The position numbers and the translations under genes are program-made. From a virus (Duplodnaviria; Caudoviricetes), in IMG/VR virus record IMGVR_UViG_3300033121_001033, positions 1 to 64,000 of that record: a DNA stretch of 64,000 nucleotides; one strand, 5' to 3'. The notes below the pieces were generated by a model. It was not told the origin of the DNA, searched no databases, and saw nothing but the letters and a program-made list of their open reading frames with translations. This document shows, piece after piece, positions 54,015 to 63,255 of this stretch. How positions within the stretch are numbered: position 1 is the stretch's first letter; the number at the start of each line of letters is the position of its first letter.

Positions 54015-56195
54015 ATGACAAAAAATAAAGAAGTATCTGATTATACAGAAAAAGATATGGTTCACAAAGAAGGTGTTGACGCAGTTAGGCAAAATATTGC
54101 TATGTATGCTGGCGACACATCTTATAACGGATTTCACCACCTCGGAAGCGAGGTCATTGACAACAGCCTGGATGAATGTTTAGCTGGTTATGCGAATAAA
54201 ATTGACGTTATAATTCATCAAGATGGTTCGTGTACAATAACTGATAATGGTCGTGGTATTCCGGCAGAAAAACATCCCGATCATCCTGTCTCAACTCTAG
54301 AAGTTTCAACAAGCTATTTACATTCTAGTGGAAAGTATACAAAAAACGCATACAAAAAATTCAGCTCTGGTTTACATGGAATTGGATTAAAACTTGCCAA
54401 TTTTTGTAGCAATTGGATGGAAATAACAGTACAAAGAGAAGGAAAGAAATACTTCCTTAAATACGTAGAAGGTGTTGTAACAGAACCAGTTAAAGTAATT
54501 GGTGATAGTAAATTACATGGAACATCAATTAAATTTAAGCCATCTACAAAACTTTTTAGGGACGTTGAAAAATTAGACAGACAATGGTTCCTAAAAAGAT
54601 TACGAGACCTATCATTTTTAAATCCTGGAATAACAATTGTATTTAAAGATGAACGTGATAAACCACATGAAGAAACATTTTTCCAACAAAATGGCATCAG
54701 TGATTATGTAACTTCACTATGCGGAACTAATTCAACACTTTTGAAAGAGAATTTCAAATTAGCAATAGTTGAACCTGACGGCATCTTAAAAGAAGACAAT
54801 ACTCAAGAAGATATGAAAGTTGATATAGCTTTCAATTATGTTGAAATGGAAAATGATATTATCTTGTCTTTTACCAATAACATTTTTAATAAAGATGGTG
54901 GAACACATACTCAGGCATTTCAAACAGCAATAACAAACTGCTTTAATAGTTATTTAAAGAAAACACCAGATATAATTTCTAAGAAAGACCAAAAAGAACT
55001 AGGGGATAAGTCCCTCAGAGGTGAAGACTATAAGCAAGGATTAATTGCAATTATAAGTCTTAAATTAAGCAGACCACAGTTCGCTGGTCAAACAAAAGAT
55101 AGATTGACAAATCCAGAAACTCTCGGTGCTGTTAGATCTGCTATTAGTAAACATTTAAATAAATGGATCGAAGAAAATCCGGGGCTAGCTAAGAAAATAG
55201 TTGAAAAGGCTGTTCTAAATTTTAGAGCGTATACAGCTTCTAAAAAAGCTATTGAAAGCATTAAGAAGGATAGCAAATCACTTATCGGTAACAATCATAA
55301 ACTAAAAGATTGCACAGACGACGATCCAGATAATATAGAATTATTTCTAGTAGAAGGAGATTCAGCCGCTGGAACCGCAATTAACGGTCGCGATCCAAAA
55401 ACACAAGCTGTCTTAGCCCTTGGTGGTAAAATTTTAAATACATGGAAAGCCACGACTTCAAAAATGTTAGAACACGAAGAAGTTGGTTCTATCATAAGGA
55501 GTCTAGGCACAGGAATATTAGATAACTTTGATGTTGATAAATGTAAATATGGAAAAATCATTCTAATGTGTGACGCTGACGTTGATGGATTACATATTAG
55601 AACTCTGCTATTAACGTTTTTGTTTCAACGAATGAGAAAACTTATTGAAAACGGTAAAGTTTTCATAGCACAATCACCATTATTTAAATTACAACGAACA
55701 GACAAATTTATTAAATGTCAGATTTGTGAAAATAAAAAGGCACTTGTTGAAAATTGCGGCGCCTGCTCTGGAAATGGTAAAGCACAAGATTACATTCTTA
55801 CCAATGAAGATTTTGATGACAAATTAATTGAAATTGGTGCTGATGGAATGGATATACAAGATGCAAGTGGCAAGACAATTAAATACACTAAAGGACTTAC
55901 TGGAAAAGGAAAGATTAGTCTTAATGGAAAATCAACAGCAATAGATTTTAGTAAATTACCTCCAATATTAATGCAGATTGGACAAAAACGTGTAGAAGTT
56001 ACACGATTCAAAGGATTAGGCGAGCTAGATGCTAGCCAATTGTATTGGACAAGTATGCATCCAGAGAAGCGTAGATTGTTACAGATTAATATTAAAGATA
56101 TTAATAACACTACACAATTGTTAGAAACATTAATGGGTAATGATTCCAATAAACGAAAGACTTTTATCTCAGAAAAACTACATAAGGATCAATAA
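54015..56195 (+). CDS. gyrB: DNA gyrase subunit B
   Basis: EVIDNSLDE, DNGRGIP, GLHGIG, GGTH, GQTK, LVEGDSAAG, DADVDG.HI, RFKGLGE. Confidence 0.95.
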   Translation: MTKNKEVSDYTEKDMVHKEGVDAVRQNIAMYAGDTSYNGFHHLGSEVIDNSLDECLAGYANKIDVIIHQDGSCTITDNGRGIPAEKHPDHPVSTLEVSTSYLHSSGKYTKNAYKKFSSGLHGIGLKLANFCSNWMEITVQREGKKYFLKYVEGVVTEPVKVIGDSKLHGTSIKFKPSTKLFRDVEKLDRQWFLKRLRDLSFLNPGITIVFKDERDKPHEETFFQQNGISDYVTSLCGTNSTLLKENFKLAIVEPDGILKEDNTQEDMKVDIAFNYVEMENDIILSFTNNIFNKDGGTHTQAFQTAITNCFNSYLKKTPDIISKKDQKELGDKSLRGEDYKQGLIAIISLKLSRPQFAGQTKDRLTNPETLGAVRSAISKHLNKWIEENPGLAKKIVEKAVLNFRAYTASKKAIESIKKDSKSLIGNNHKLKDCTDDDPDNIELFLVEGDSAAGTAINGRDPKTQAVLALGGKILNTWKATTSKMLEHEEVGSIIRSLGTGILDNFDVDKCKYGKIILMCDADVDGLHIRTLLLTFLFQRMRKLIENGKVFIAQSPLFKLQRTDKFIKCQICENKKALVENCGACSGNGKAQDYILTNEDFDDKLIEIGADGMDIQDASGKTIKYTKGLTGKGKISLNGKSTAIDFSKLPPILMQIGQKRVEVTRFKGLGELDASQLYWTSMHPEKRRLLQINIKDINNTTQLLETLMGNDSNKRKTFISEKLHKDQ

Positions 56196-58622
56196 ATGGA
56201 ATATATAGATATTAATGATGAATTATCAAATAGTTATTTAGATTATTCATTAAATGTGTTAACAGATAGAGCCATCCCTGATATTAGGGATGGATTAAAA
56301 CCTTCTCATAGAAGATTATTAATCTCTATGAATGACTTAAATCTTTATCCCAATAAAAAGTCAGTTAAGTCCGCCACAATAGTTGGACAATGTCTGGCAT
56401 TTTACCATCCGCACTCTGACGCATCAGCATATGGTACGATGGTTAGAATGGCACAACCTTTCTCTCTTCGGTATCCCCTAATAAAAGGACAGGGAAATTT
56501 TGGTAACGTTGGCGGAAGTCCAGCTGCTGCAATGCGTTATACAGAAGCCAGAATGAGCAATGCCTGTGAAGATCTTCTGGATGATTTACAAGTAGATGGA
56601 AAATGGACAGTTAAAGTTGCTAAAAACTTTGACGGATCACGCGATGAACCAACAGTGTTACCAAGTAAATTTCCCAATTTATTAGCTAATGGTTCTGAAG
56701 GTATTGCTGTTGGATGGGCGACATCAATTCTACCACACAATATTAAAGAATTAAGCGCCGCTTTAGTTGAGATGGTTAAAGATCCTAATATTACAGATGA
56801 TAATTTACTTAAATTAATTACAGGTCCTGATTTTCCAACTGGTGGTATTATTCACGGAAGGGATGGAATCAAAAAACTATTTACAACAGGTAGTGGGACT
56901 TTAGTTGTTACTGGAAGAACAGTTATTGACCAATCGGGTAAAAATTCAACAATAACAGTTAAAGACCTTCCATATGGTGTTACAACCAACAGTTTCCTAG
57001 AAAAAGCTGATCAAGCCTTTAGAGATGGAAAACTTACTGGTGTTTCACACCTTAAAGATGCATCTTCTGAACGAGCAGGTGACCCTGTAAATGTAATTTT
57101 TTATCTCAAAAAGGGCGAAGATCCTAATACTGTATTGAATCAGTTATATGAAAATACACAACTTAAAACTACAGTTAGCGGTAATATGATTGCCCTTATA
57201 GACGGACCTGGTGGACAAAGAATTCCGTCTAAGTGTCCATTGCCAATGCGTAGATTAATGTCTGATTGGATTGCTTTTAGAAAATCAGTTGTAAAACAAA
57301 AATCACAAATTCAATTAGAAACTACGAAAAAAGATATTGAAAAATTAGAAGCCTTACATAAAGCAGTTGATCCTCTTAAAATAGATGCAGTAATAAAAAT
57401 AATAAAAGAGGGTGATGACGAGGCAGATGTAATTAGTAAATTAACTAAACTTTTAGAGATTAATGAAATACAGGCTAAATATATCCTTGACATAACGTTA
57501 CGTAAACTAATGAAATTAGAACGAGATACGTTAGCTAAAAATCTTGAAAGTAAAAAAGCTACAGCTAAACGACTTGAAGCGATTATTAATGATCCAAAAG
57601 AAGTAGATGCAATAATAATAAATGAACTTCAAGCAATTTCCAAGAAATATGGTGACGAGCGTAAAACCGAAATTCGTGGAGCACTAAAAGAGGTTGATCC
57701 TTTAGACACCATTAAACAAGAAGATGTTGTAGTTACACTTACACAATCTGGTTATGTCAAACGTACTCTATTGAGTGATTATCGTCAAACCGGACGTGGA
57801 ACTAAAGGTGTTATCTCAAATGTCCCAGATGAAGATACGGTTACCAAAGTATTAACTACTACAACGCATGATGATTTATTAATCTTTACGAATGGTGGTA
57901 ATGTTCATAGTATTAAAGTACATCAGATTCCAGAAAGCTCAAGAACAGCAAAAGGCCGATCTTTAGTTAATCTAGTTGAATTAGGAACTGAAAAAGTTGT
58001 CAATGTACTACCTGTTTCTAATTATGATGGTGCATTATTATTCGGAACCCGTAATGGTCTAATTAAGAAGACTATGTTGTCAGAATATACCGATATTAAT
58101 AGACGAGGCATTACGGCTATAAAATTGAATCCAGAGGATGCATTGGTTGCTGTTTGTCAAGAAACAGGTGATCAGATATTATTTGTAACACAAAATGGAA
58201 ATGCAGTTAGAATTCCGACAGATCAAGTAAGTTCACAAGGGCGAGCTACGTTAGGTAAACGTGGAATCAAACTGAAAGATAATGATATGATTTGTGCAAT
58301 GCATAGTATTACAAAAGATGACACACGTTTCTTGTCTACAGTGTCACGCGCCGGATGTGGTAAACTAACTCCTCTTTCAGAGTATCCAGAACATAATTGT
58401 GCAACAAGCGGTGTTCTTACCTCACTGGTAACTGATGATTCTTCAAAACTTGCTACGGCACTAGTTGTTACAAAAGATGACAGTTTATTAATTACTACAA
58501 ACTATGGAAAAATAGTTCGCATAGAAACAAAGGATATTCGAGTGTCTGATCGAAGAACTAAAGGTGTTAAGTTAATGAATCTAGATGAGAATCACTCAGT
58601 AAGTAATGCAACAGTAGTATGA
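56196..58622 (+). CDS. gyrA: DNA gyrase subunit A with beta-pinwheel CTD
   Basis: DGLKP.HRR, YHPHSD, AAMRYTEAR (catalytic Tyr), GPDFPTGG, GyrA-box-like RQTGRGTKG, repeated CTD blades. Confidence 0.95.
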   Translation: MEYIDINDELSNSYLDYSLNVLTDRAIPDIRDGLKPSHRRLLISMNDLNLYPNKKSVKSATIVGQCLAFYHPHSDASAYGTMVRMAQPFSLRYPLIKGQGNFGNVGGSPAAAMRYTEARMSNACEDLLDDLQVDGKWTVKVAKNFDGSRDEPTVLPSKFPNLLANGSEGIAVGWATSILPHNIKELSAALVEMVKDPNITDDNLLKLITGPDFPTGGIIHGRDGIKKLFTTGSGTLVVTGRTVIDQSGKNSTITVKDLPYGVTTNSFLEKADQAFRDGKLTGVSHLKDASSERAGDPVNVIFYLKKGEDPNTVLNQLYENTQLKTTVSGNMIALIDGPGGQRIPSKCPLPMRRLMSDWIAFRKSVVKQKSQIQLETTKKDIEKLEALHKAVDPLKIDAVIKIIKEGDDEADVISKLTKLLEINEIQAKYILDITLRKLMKLERDTLAKNLESKKATAKRLEAIINDPKEVDAIIINELQAISKKYGDERKTEIRGALKEVDPLDTIKQEDVVVTLTQSGYVKRTLLSDYRQTGRGTKGVISNVPDEDTVTKVLTTTTHDDLLIFTNGGNVHSIKVHQIPESSRTAKGRSLVNLVELGTEKVVNVLPVSNYDGALLFGTRNGLIKKTMLSEYTDINRRGITAIKLNPEDALVAVCQETGDQILFVTQNGNAVRIPTDQVSSQGRATLGKRGIKLKDNDMICAMHSITKDDTRFLSTVSRAGCGKLTPLSEYPEHNCATSGVLTSLVTDDSSKLATALVVTKDDSLLITTNYGKIVRIETKDIRVSDRRTKGVKLMNLDENHSVSNATVV

Positions 58623-58885
58623 ATCGTGAAAGCTTAATTAGAAGCATCCTAGATGAATTAATATCTAGGATGCCTTTTTTAGAGTATGTATATTACGGCG
58701 CTCTCTTTTTGATACATAGGGATCATCCAAATTTAATAATTATAGGAGAGAGCTATAATAAAAATTATCTATTATACTTTTACTATAAAGATGACAATAA
58801 TTATGATGCTGTCAGTATAAACAATCCTGAATTCTTTGAAAAAGTTGAAAAAGAGATTCGCGATATTTGTAAAATGTTTGAGTAG
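58619..58885 (+). CDS. DP-motif small paralog family member
   Basis: ILDELISRMPF ... VSINNPEFFEKVEKEI. Confidence 0.6.
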   Translation: MNRESLIRSILDELISRMPFLEYVYYGALFLIHRDHPNLIIIGESYNKNYLLYFYYKDDNNYDAVSINNPEFFEKVEKEIRDICKMFE

Positions 58886-58930
58886 CTTCCATTTATATAT
58901 GTAGTCGTTATAATATAATGGGGTGTAATT

Positions 58931-59638
58931 ATGGATGTTAATATGTTTCAGGAACTTCCTGATAATAAACAAAAAGAAGTTAGACAAAAATTAAATAGAG
59001 CTATTGTACGATTATCCAAACCCGGATCTCAAAGTAATACCCAACTTCTTTGGAAACTATCTGATAAAATCCACTCAAAACCAAAGATTAATGATGATAA
59101 TATTGTTATTAAAAAACTATTAAATAAATACGAAAAATCCAATAAACATGATAAAGTTCGTGGACTGTTGAGTAGGAACCCAGAGCTTAGAAATTATAAA
59201 CCGTTCGAATTAAAACAAAATGGCGATGGGAGTTGGGCATTAAACGATAAATACGCTGTTATGCCTAATAATGATGATACTTATCATATAACTAAAGATG
59301 GAAAGAAAATAGGAAGTTCTCATGCTATTAGCACATATGGTAAAAAAATATCTAATATGTTTCCCCCAAGTGAAGTTACTGGAAAAAATCTAGCTCCCAA
59401 TATTTACAAAATACTTAATTATTTGCATAAAGGTATAGAAAGCGATCAAAGTGTAACACTCCGTCCTGCCGTTAGACTTTGGGACAAATTAGTCCAGCAA
59501 GGACTGGCTGATAAAATGACTGATAAGAGCGGGAATCCAATTTTAAATAGTAGTGGAGATCAACGTTATAAAATGTTTCATCATAATACCAAACCTTTAA
59601 TCGATAAACTTAAAAACATTCAATCTAAACAACAATGA
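58931..59638 (+). CDS. Basic protein with C-terminal GNAT-like domain (paralog A)
   Basis: VTGKNLAPNIYKILNYLHKGIESD...LWDKLV...GDQRYKMF. Confidence 0.45.
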   Translation: MDVNMFQELPDNKQKEVRQKLNRAIVRLSKPGSQSNTQLLWKLSDKIHSKPKINDDNIVIKKLLNKYEKSNKHDKVRGLLSRNPELRNYKPFELKQNGDGSWALNDKYAVMPNNDDTYHITKDGKKIGSSHAISTYGKKISNMFPPSEVTGKNLAPNIYKILNYLHKGIESDQSVTLRPAVRLWDKLVQQGLADKMTDKSGNPILNSSGDQRYKMFHHNTKPLIDKLKNIQSKQQ

Positions 59639-59646
59639 TGCTAAAA

Positions 59647-59684
59647 CATAGCTAACCTCATGATTTGTATGAGGTTCGACTATG
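59647..59684 (+). promoter_or_regulatory. Hairpin sequestering the SD and AUG of 59682..60131
   Basis: CATAG-ct-AACCTCAT-gatttgt-ATGAGGTT-cga-CTATG; GAGG and ATG lie in the 3' arm. Confidence 0.55.
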
Positions 59685-60131
59685 TATAGAGAAAATATAA
59701 TTTTAAATGAAATTGCAGACAAATTACAATCTGAGTACCCTGATTTAAATATTATCTCCACCCATGACACTATTTATATTTGTATTGATATAGTTACTTA
59801 TCATAGAATGATTCTCATACAAAATCGATTAGACAATGTTGATCTATCAGATCCAGATCTTTTTAAAAAACTTTCTGATATTGTTAACACTATTAAAGAA
59901 CAATTTATTTATAATAAAATTCTCGAAGAAATATATAATAAATATATCACAATCCTACCAGAACTTACTCTTACAAAAAATAAATTATATCTAGAACGAG
60001 ACAACACAAATTTTACAGAAGACGTTGTTACTGTATACGCCTGGCAGAAAACCATTCAAATCAGCAGTCAATTTTCAGGTCTGGCTAGATTTATTAAAAA
60101 TCCCTCAAATTACGGAATTGTTATCGTATGA
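59682..60131 (+). CDS. DP-motif family member with a second partial repeat
   Basis: DKLQSEYPDLNI ... VDLSDPDLFKKL, then IYNKILEEIYNKYITILPEL. Confidence 0.6.
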   Translation: MYRENIILNEIADKLQSEYPDLNIISTHDTIYICIDIVTYHRMILIQNRLDNVDLSDPDLFKKLSDIVNTIKEQFIYNKILEEIYNKYITILPELTLTKNKLYLERDNTNFTEDVVTVYAWQKTIQISSQFSGLARFIKNPSNYGIVIV

Positions 60132-60415
60132 GTCTTATTTTAGAAGTAGTTAAACGAGAGGCCAGGAAACAAAAATATTATTATAGAACCTGCAATGATG
60201 CGGTTCTGCTTTCAAGATTTAAGCCGCCTTGGTATATAGGTGACATATTTGCTGAATTTAATACCGTAGATCAGACCTTTTACCTATACAATAAATCATA
60301 TCCTTTATTTAATAAACATACTAGTGCCATATTATCCATTTCGGATCCCGAATGTTTTAAAAAACTTAAACAACATAGCAAAAGATTTAGGAAAAGTAAA
60401 TCATGCTGGGATTAG
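60128..60415 (+). CDS. DP-motif small paralog family member
   Basis: LSISDPECFKKL. Confidence 0.6.
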   Translation: MSLILEVVKREARKQKYYYRTCNDAVLLSRFKPPWYIGDIFAEFNTVDQTFYLYNKSYPLFNKHTSAILSISDPECFKKLKQHSKRFRKSKSCWD

Positions 60416-60684
60416 AAATATTAAAATATTTAGGTAAAAAATTTAATTTTAATAGTTCGGTAAATTATTATTACAAATCATTTAGCCTATTATATTATAA
60501 TCATAGTTTTAATGAGTTGTCTTTATTAACAATAGGTGACACTCCCACTATTAATATAAATAGTCCAACTTTTCTCACAGATCTTGAGAATTATATTATC
60601 TACCTCAAAAATTTTATTGATCAGTATCCATCAATTTATTACTCTTTAAAAGATGAGAAAATTTCATCCATTGTACTATGTTAA
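60403..60684 (+). CDS. DP-motif small paralog family member
   Basis: EILKYLGKKF ... ININSPTFLTDLENYI. Confidence 0.55.
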   Translation: MLGLEILKYLGKKFNFNSSVNYYYKSFSLLYYNHSFNELSLLTIGDTPTININSPTFLTDLENYIIYLKNFIDQYPSIYYSLKDEKISSIVLC

Positions 60685-60953
60685 TAAATACAGTTTTCGA
60701 ATACTTTAAACAACGATATCCCGAATTTTCACTAGAGACACGATTCGGTAGACATGAATTATATCATCCAAACGATAAAAGTCGTTTTGTTTTAATATAT
60801 TCTTCTTCTCATAATAATAAACCTATCATATATTATCGATCGTCTAATCATCCATACAATTATAAATATTTAACTTTTAATAATCCTGAAATGATAACAA
60901 TTATTAACAATACTATAATGGATTTTTTAAATGATACTAAAAACTTTATTTGA
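60678..60953 (+). CDS. DP-motif small paralog family member
   Basis: VFEYFKQRYPEF ... LTFNNPEMITII. Confidence 0.6.
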   Translation: MLINTVFEYFKQRYPEFSLETRFGRHELYHPNDKSRFVLIYSSSHNNKPIIYYRSSNHPYNYKYLTFNNPEMITIINNTIMDFLNDTKNFI

Positions 60954-61149
60954 ATATTTAGCTCAAAAATATAAACTTAAGTTAGTTCACATACCTAATT
61001 ATATTTATTTGTCAAACAATAATATTATTCTAGATAGTTTTGGTGATGCTGTTTATTGCGATGCTAATTATGGTTTAGTATCTATTTCTGATCCAGAATG
61101 TCTACCTAAAATAGAAGAATATTTAAATAGAAAAGTATATGGTATCTAA
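60931..61149 (+). CDS. DP-motif small paralog family member
   Basis: LFEYLAQKY ... VSISDPECLPKIEEYL. Confidence 0.6.
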   Translation: MILKTLFEYLAQKYKLKLVHIPNYIYLSNNNIILDSFGDAVYCDANYGLVSISDPECLPKIEEYLNRKVYGI

Positions 61150-61384
61150 AGAAATTACCGATTATTTGAATAAAAAATTTCCTGTTTTGAAAAATATATT
61201 TGATTGTGAGTTACATAGCTCGGTATTTGGAATTTCAATATTTATTTATGACAATGAAATAGCATATTATTCGAGAAGTTCAAATAGAGTATTATTTAAT
61301 TTAGCTGACCCAGAAAGTCTCAAGCAGATAGAACTAAATATTTATAGAGATTTAGGGAATAGTGGTAATAAAACAATTATATAA
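61139..61384 (+). CDS. DP-motif small paralog family member
   Basis: ITDYLNKKFP ... FNLADPESLKQIE. Confidence 0.6.
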   Translation: MVSKEITDYLNKKFPVLKNIFDCELHSSVFGISIFIYDNEIAYYSRSSNRVLFNLADPESLKQIELNIYRDLGNSGNKTII

Positions 61385-61424
61385 AGTAAATTAATATTGT
61401 ATACTCTATTAGGAGACAATATTT

Positions 61425-62249
61425 ATGATACGAAATCTATTACATACTATAACTAACGTACCCGATACTGTATTAGAGTCTGAAAACGATTTAGAAGGGC
61501 TGCCCGCCTCAGAATTAGAGAAATTGTATCATAAATTAAAAAATACAAGTAGTAACATCTCTTATAAAGACTATGATACTCCTAAAGCAGTTCTATCTCG
61601 TAATTATTTAGGCAAACTTAACCAAGCTTTACAAAAGTATTACAATCCAAACGATAACAAACCAAAAAGTTCAAATAGTATCGAGAGAGAATTATATTAC
61701 AAATACAGAAACAGTCCGAATGAAAAGAAACAAGGACGCTCTGGAAAAATAGCAAGAACAAAACCAGAAATTCTCAAAGGCAGTTATGATATTCCGCCTG
61801 CTGGCATTAAATCTCACGGCGCTTATAAACTATCAGATAGATATAAATTATTTAAAAGAAATGCAGATCAACGACAAGCTTATCAAGTAGTTAAACATGG
61901 TAAAACTTATGGAAATGCAACTGTTAAAAATAAAGGTTCTTATCAAACACCGGAAATTGGCGGAATGTATTTATACGGAGCAAAAGGCCAAAATTTAGCG
62001 CCCGCAATTTACAGAACATTAAATAATATCCATAAAGGTATTAGTAGTGACTCAAGCTCAACATCTAAAGATGCACAAGCTGTTTGGAAAAGATTAGTGC
62101 GTCATCATTTAGCCGAGCCCATGCGATGGCGTGATGATAGGCCAGCAAAGAACTACAATGGTGATCAGAGATATAAAATGTTCTATAACAACATAGCTAA
62201 AAATGTAAATAAACTTAGAAAATTAAATAATGAAAATAACAAACATTGA
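61425..62249 (+). CDS. Basic protein with C-terminal GNAT-like domain (paralog B)
   Basis: AKGQNLAPAIYRTLNNIHKGISSD...VWKRLV...GDQRYKMF; strong AGGAG RBS. Confidence 0.45.
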   Translation: MIRNLLHTITNVPDTVLESENDLEGLPASELEKLYHKLKNTSSNISYKDYDTPKAVLSRNYLGKLNQALQKYYNPNDNKPKSSNSIERELYYKYRNSPNEKKQGRSGKIARTKPEILKGSYDIPPAGIKSHGAYKLSDRYKLFKRNADQRQAYQVVKHGKTYGNATVKNKGSYQTPEIGGMYLYGAKGQNLAPAIYRTLNNIHKGISSDSSSTSKDAQAVWKRLVRHHLAEPMRWRDDRPAKNYNGDQRYKMFYNNIAKNVNKLRKLNNENNKH

Positions 62250-62682
62250 TATTTATAACGACATAATAAAATTTGTACACGAAAAAATTCCGTTTACAAT
62301 ATTTCACAGCTATAAAACAGCATACCATGATTATTTACATTATGAAATTCGATACAAGAATGAAGTTTTACTTTCAGTAAGATATGAATCATTATATTTA
62401 ATAGAATTTGTTAAAACATTTCCTCGTGGAGAAAGCGAAAGCAAAATAAAACAATCTATTTCAAATAATTTAAATGATCCAGAATTCTTAAATGTATTAA
62501 TTAATTATCTCATGCGTATAATAAATTTAATTGACATTAAAGAACATCTAAAAGAATTTTATATCGTCGATGAGAAGATTTATACTTCTAATGATGTTGT
62601 AGTTTCTAAAGAGTTGCATGATATGATACTTCCATATATTGGCTTTTTTGATTTAGAAGAAATTTTTGATGAGAGTGCTTAA
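62230..62682 (+). CDS. DP-motif family member with C-terminal extension
   Basis: IIKFVHEKIPF ... NNLNDPEFLNVL. Confidence 0.6.
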   Translation: MKITNIDIYNDIIKFVHEKIPFTIFHSYKTAYHDYLHYEIRYKNEVLLSVRYESLYLIEFVKTFPRGESESKIKQSISNNLNDPEFLNVLINYLMRIINLIDIKEHLKEFYIVDEKIYTSNDVVVSKELHDMILPYIGFFDLEEIFDESA

Positions 62683-62683
62683 T

Positions 62684-62894
62684 ATGATTCATCAGTATCT
62701 TGTTGAATATATAAAATCCAAAAATATGCATTTATGGATTGGAATGGTACGAGATTGGGAAAATAGAAATATGGTTTGGTGATGATTTTATTTGTTTAGA
62801 TAATGAAATCGTAGAGTTTAGTGACCCTCATTTAATTTCCAAAATTGATAATAAAATTTTGGAGTACAAAAACGCAGCATTACAAAGTCTATAA
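62684..62894 (+). pseudogene. Frameshifted DP-motif family member
   Basis: Frame 0 MIHQYLVEYIKSK... stops at 62782; +1 frame ...IEIWFGDDFICLDNEIVEFSDPHLISKIDNKI ends at 62894. Confidence 0.6.
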
Positions 62895-62922
62895 TATATA
62901 ACAAGAATATAGGAGTACGGTA

Positions 62923-63255
62923 TTGAAAACTGATATCATCCCATCTAATAATATGATATATGAAGCAATATTAAATTATCTTGTAGATAAAATTCCAAAT
63001 ACATATATCGGAAAATATCCAGAGGCTGGTCCAGCTTTCGGTAATATGTTAATTGCTAAGGGAATTAATAAATTAGATGAACATTTGTTTTGGCATCATA
63101 TACCAAGTAATGCTTTTTATGTAAGAAGACAATTTAATCGAGGAGCTTATGAAAAGCCAATTACACCTGTTGATTTAGCTGACCCTGAATTCTTATATAA
63201 GATAGAAATGCAAATAAAGGAATTTTTAACACAATGTTATACGAAGTTATCTTAA
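62923..63255 (+). CDS. DP-motif small paralog family member
   Basis: MIYEAILNYLVDKIP ... VDLADPEFLYKIE. Confidence 0.65.
   Translation: MKTDIIPSNNMIYEAILNYLVDKIPNTYIGKYPEAGPAFGNMLIAKGINKLDEHLFWHHIPSNAFYVRRQFNRGAYEKPITPVDLADPEFLYKIEMQIKEFLTQCYTKLS

Noticed and set aside
54314-57493. Antisense or alternative-frame ORFs inside gyrB/gyrA and other long genes
   Set aside because: Fully nested, Ser/Leu/Phe-rich shadow translations without family motifs.
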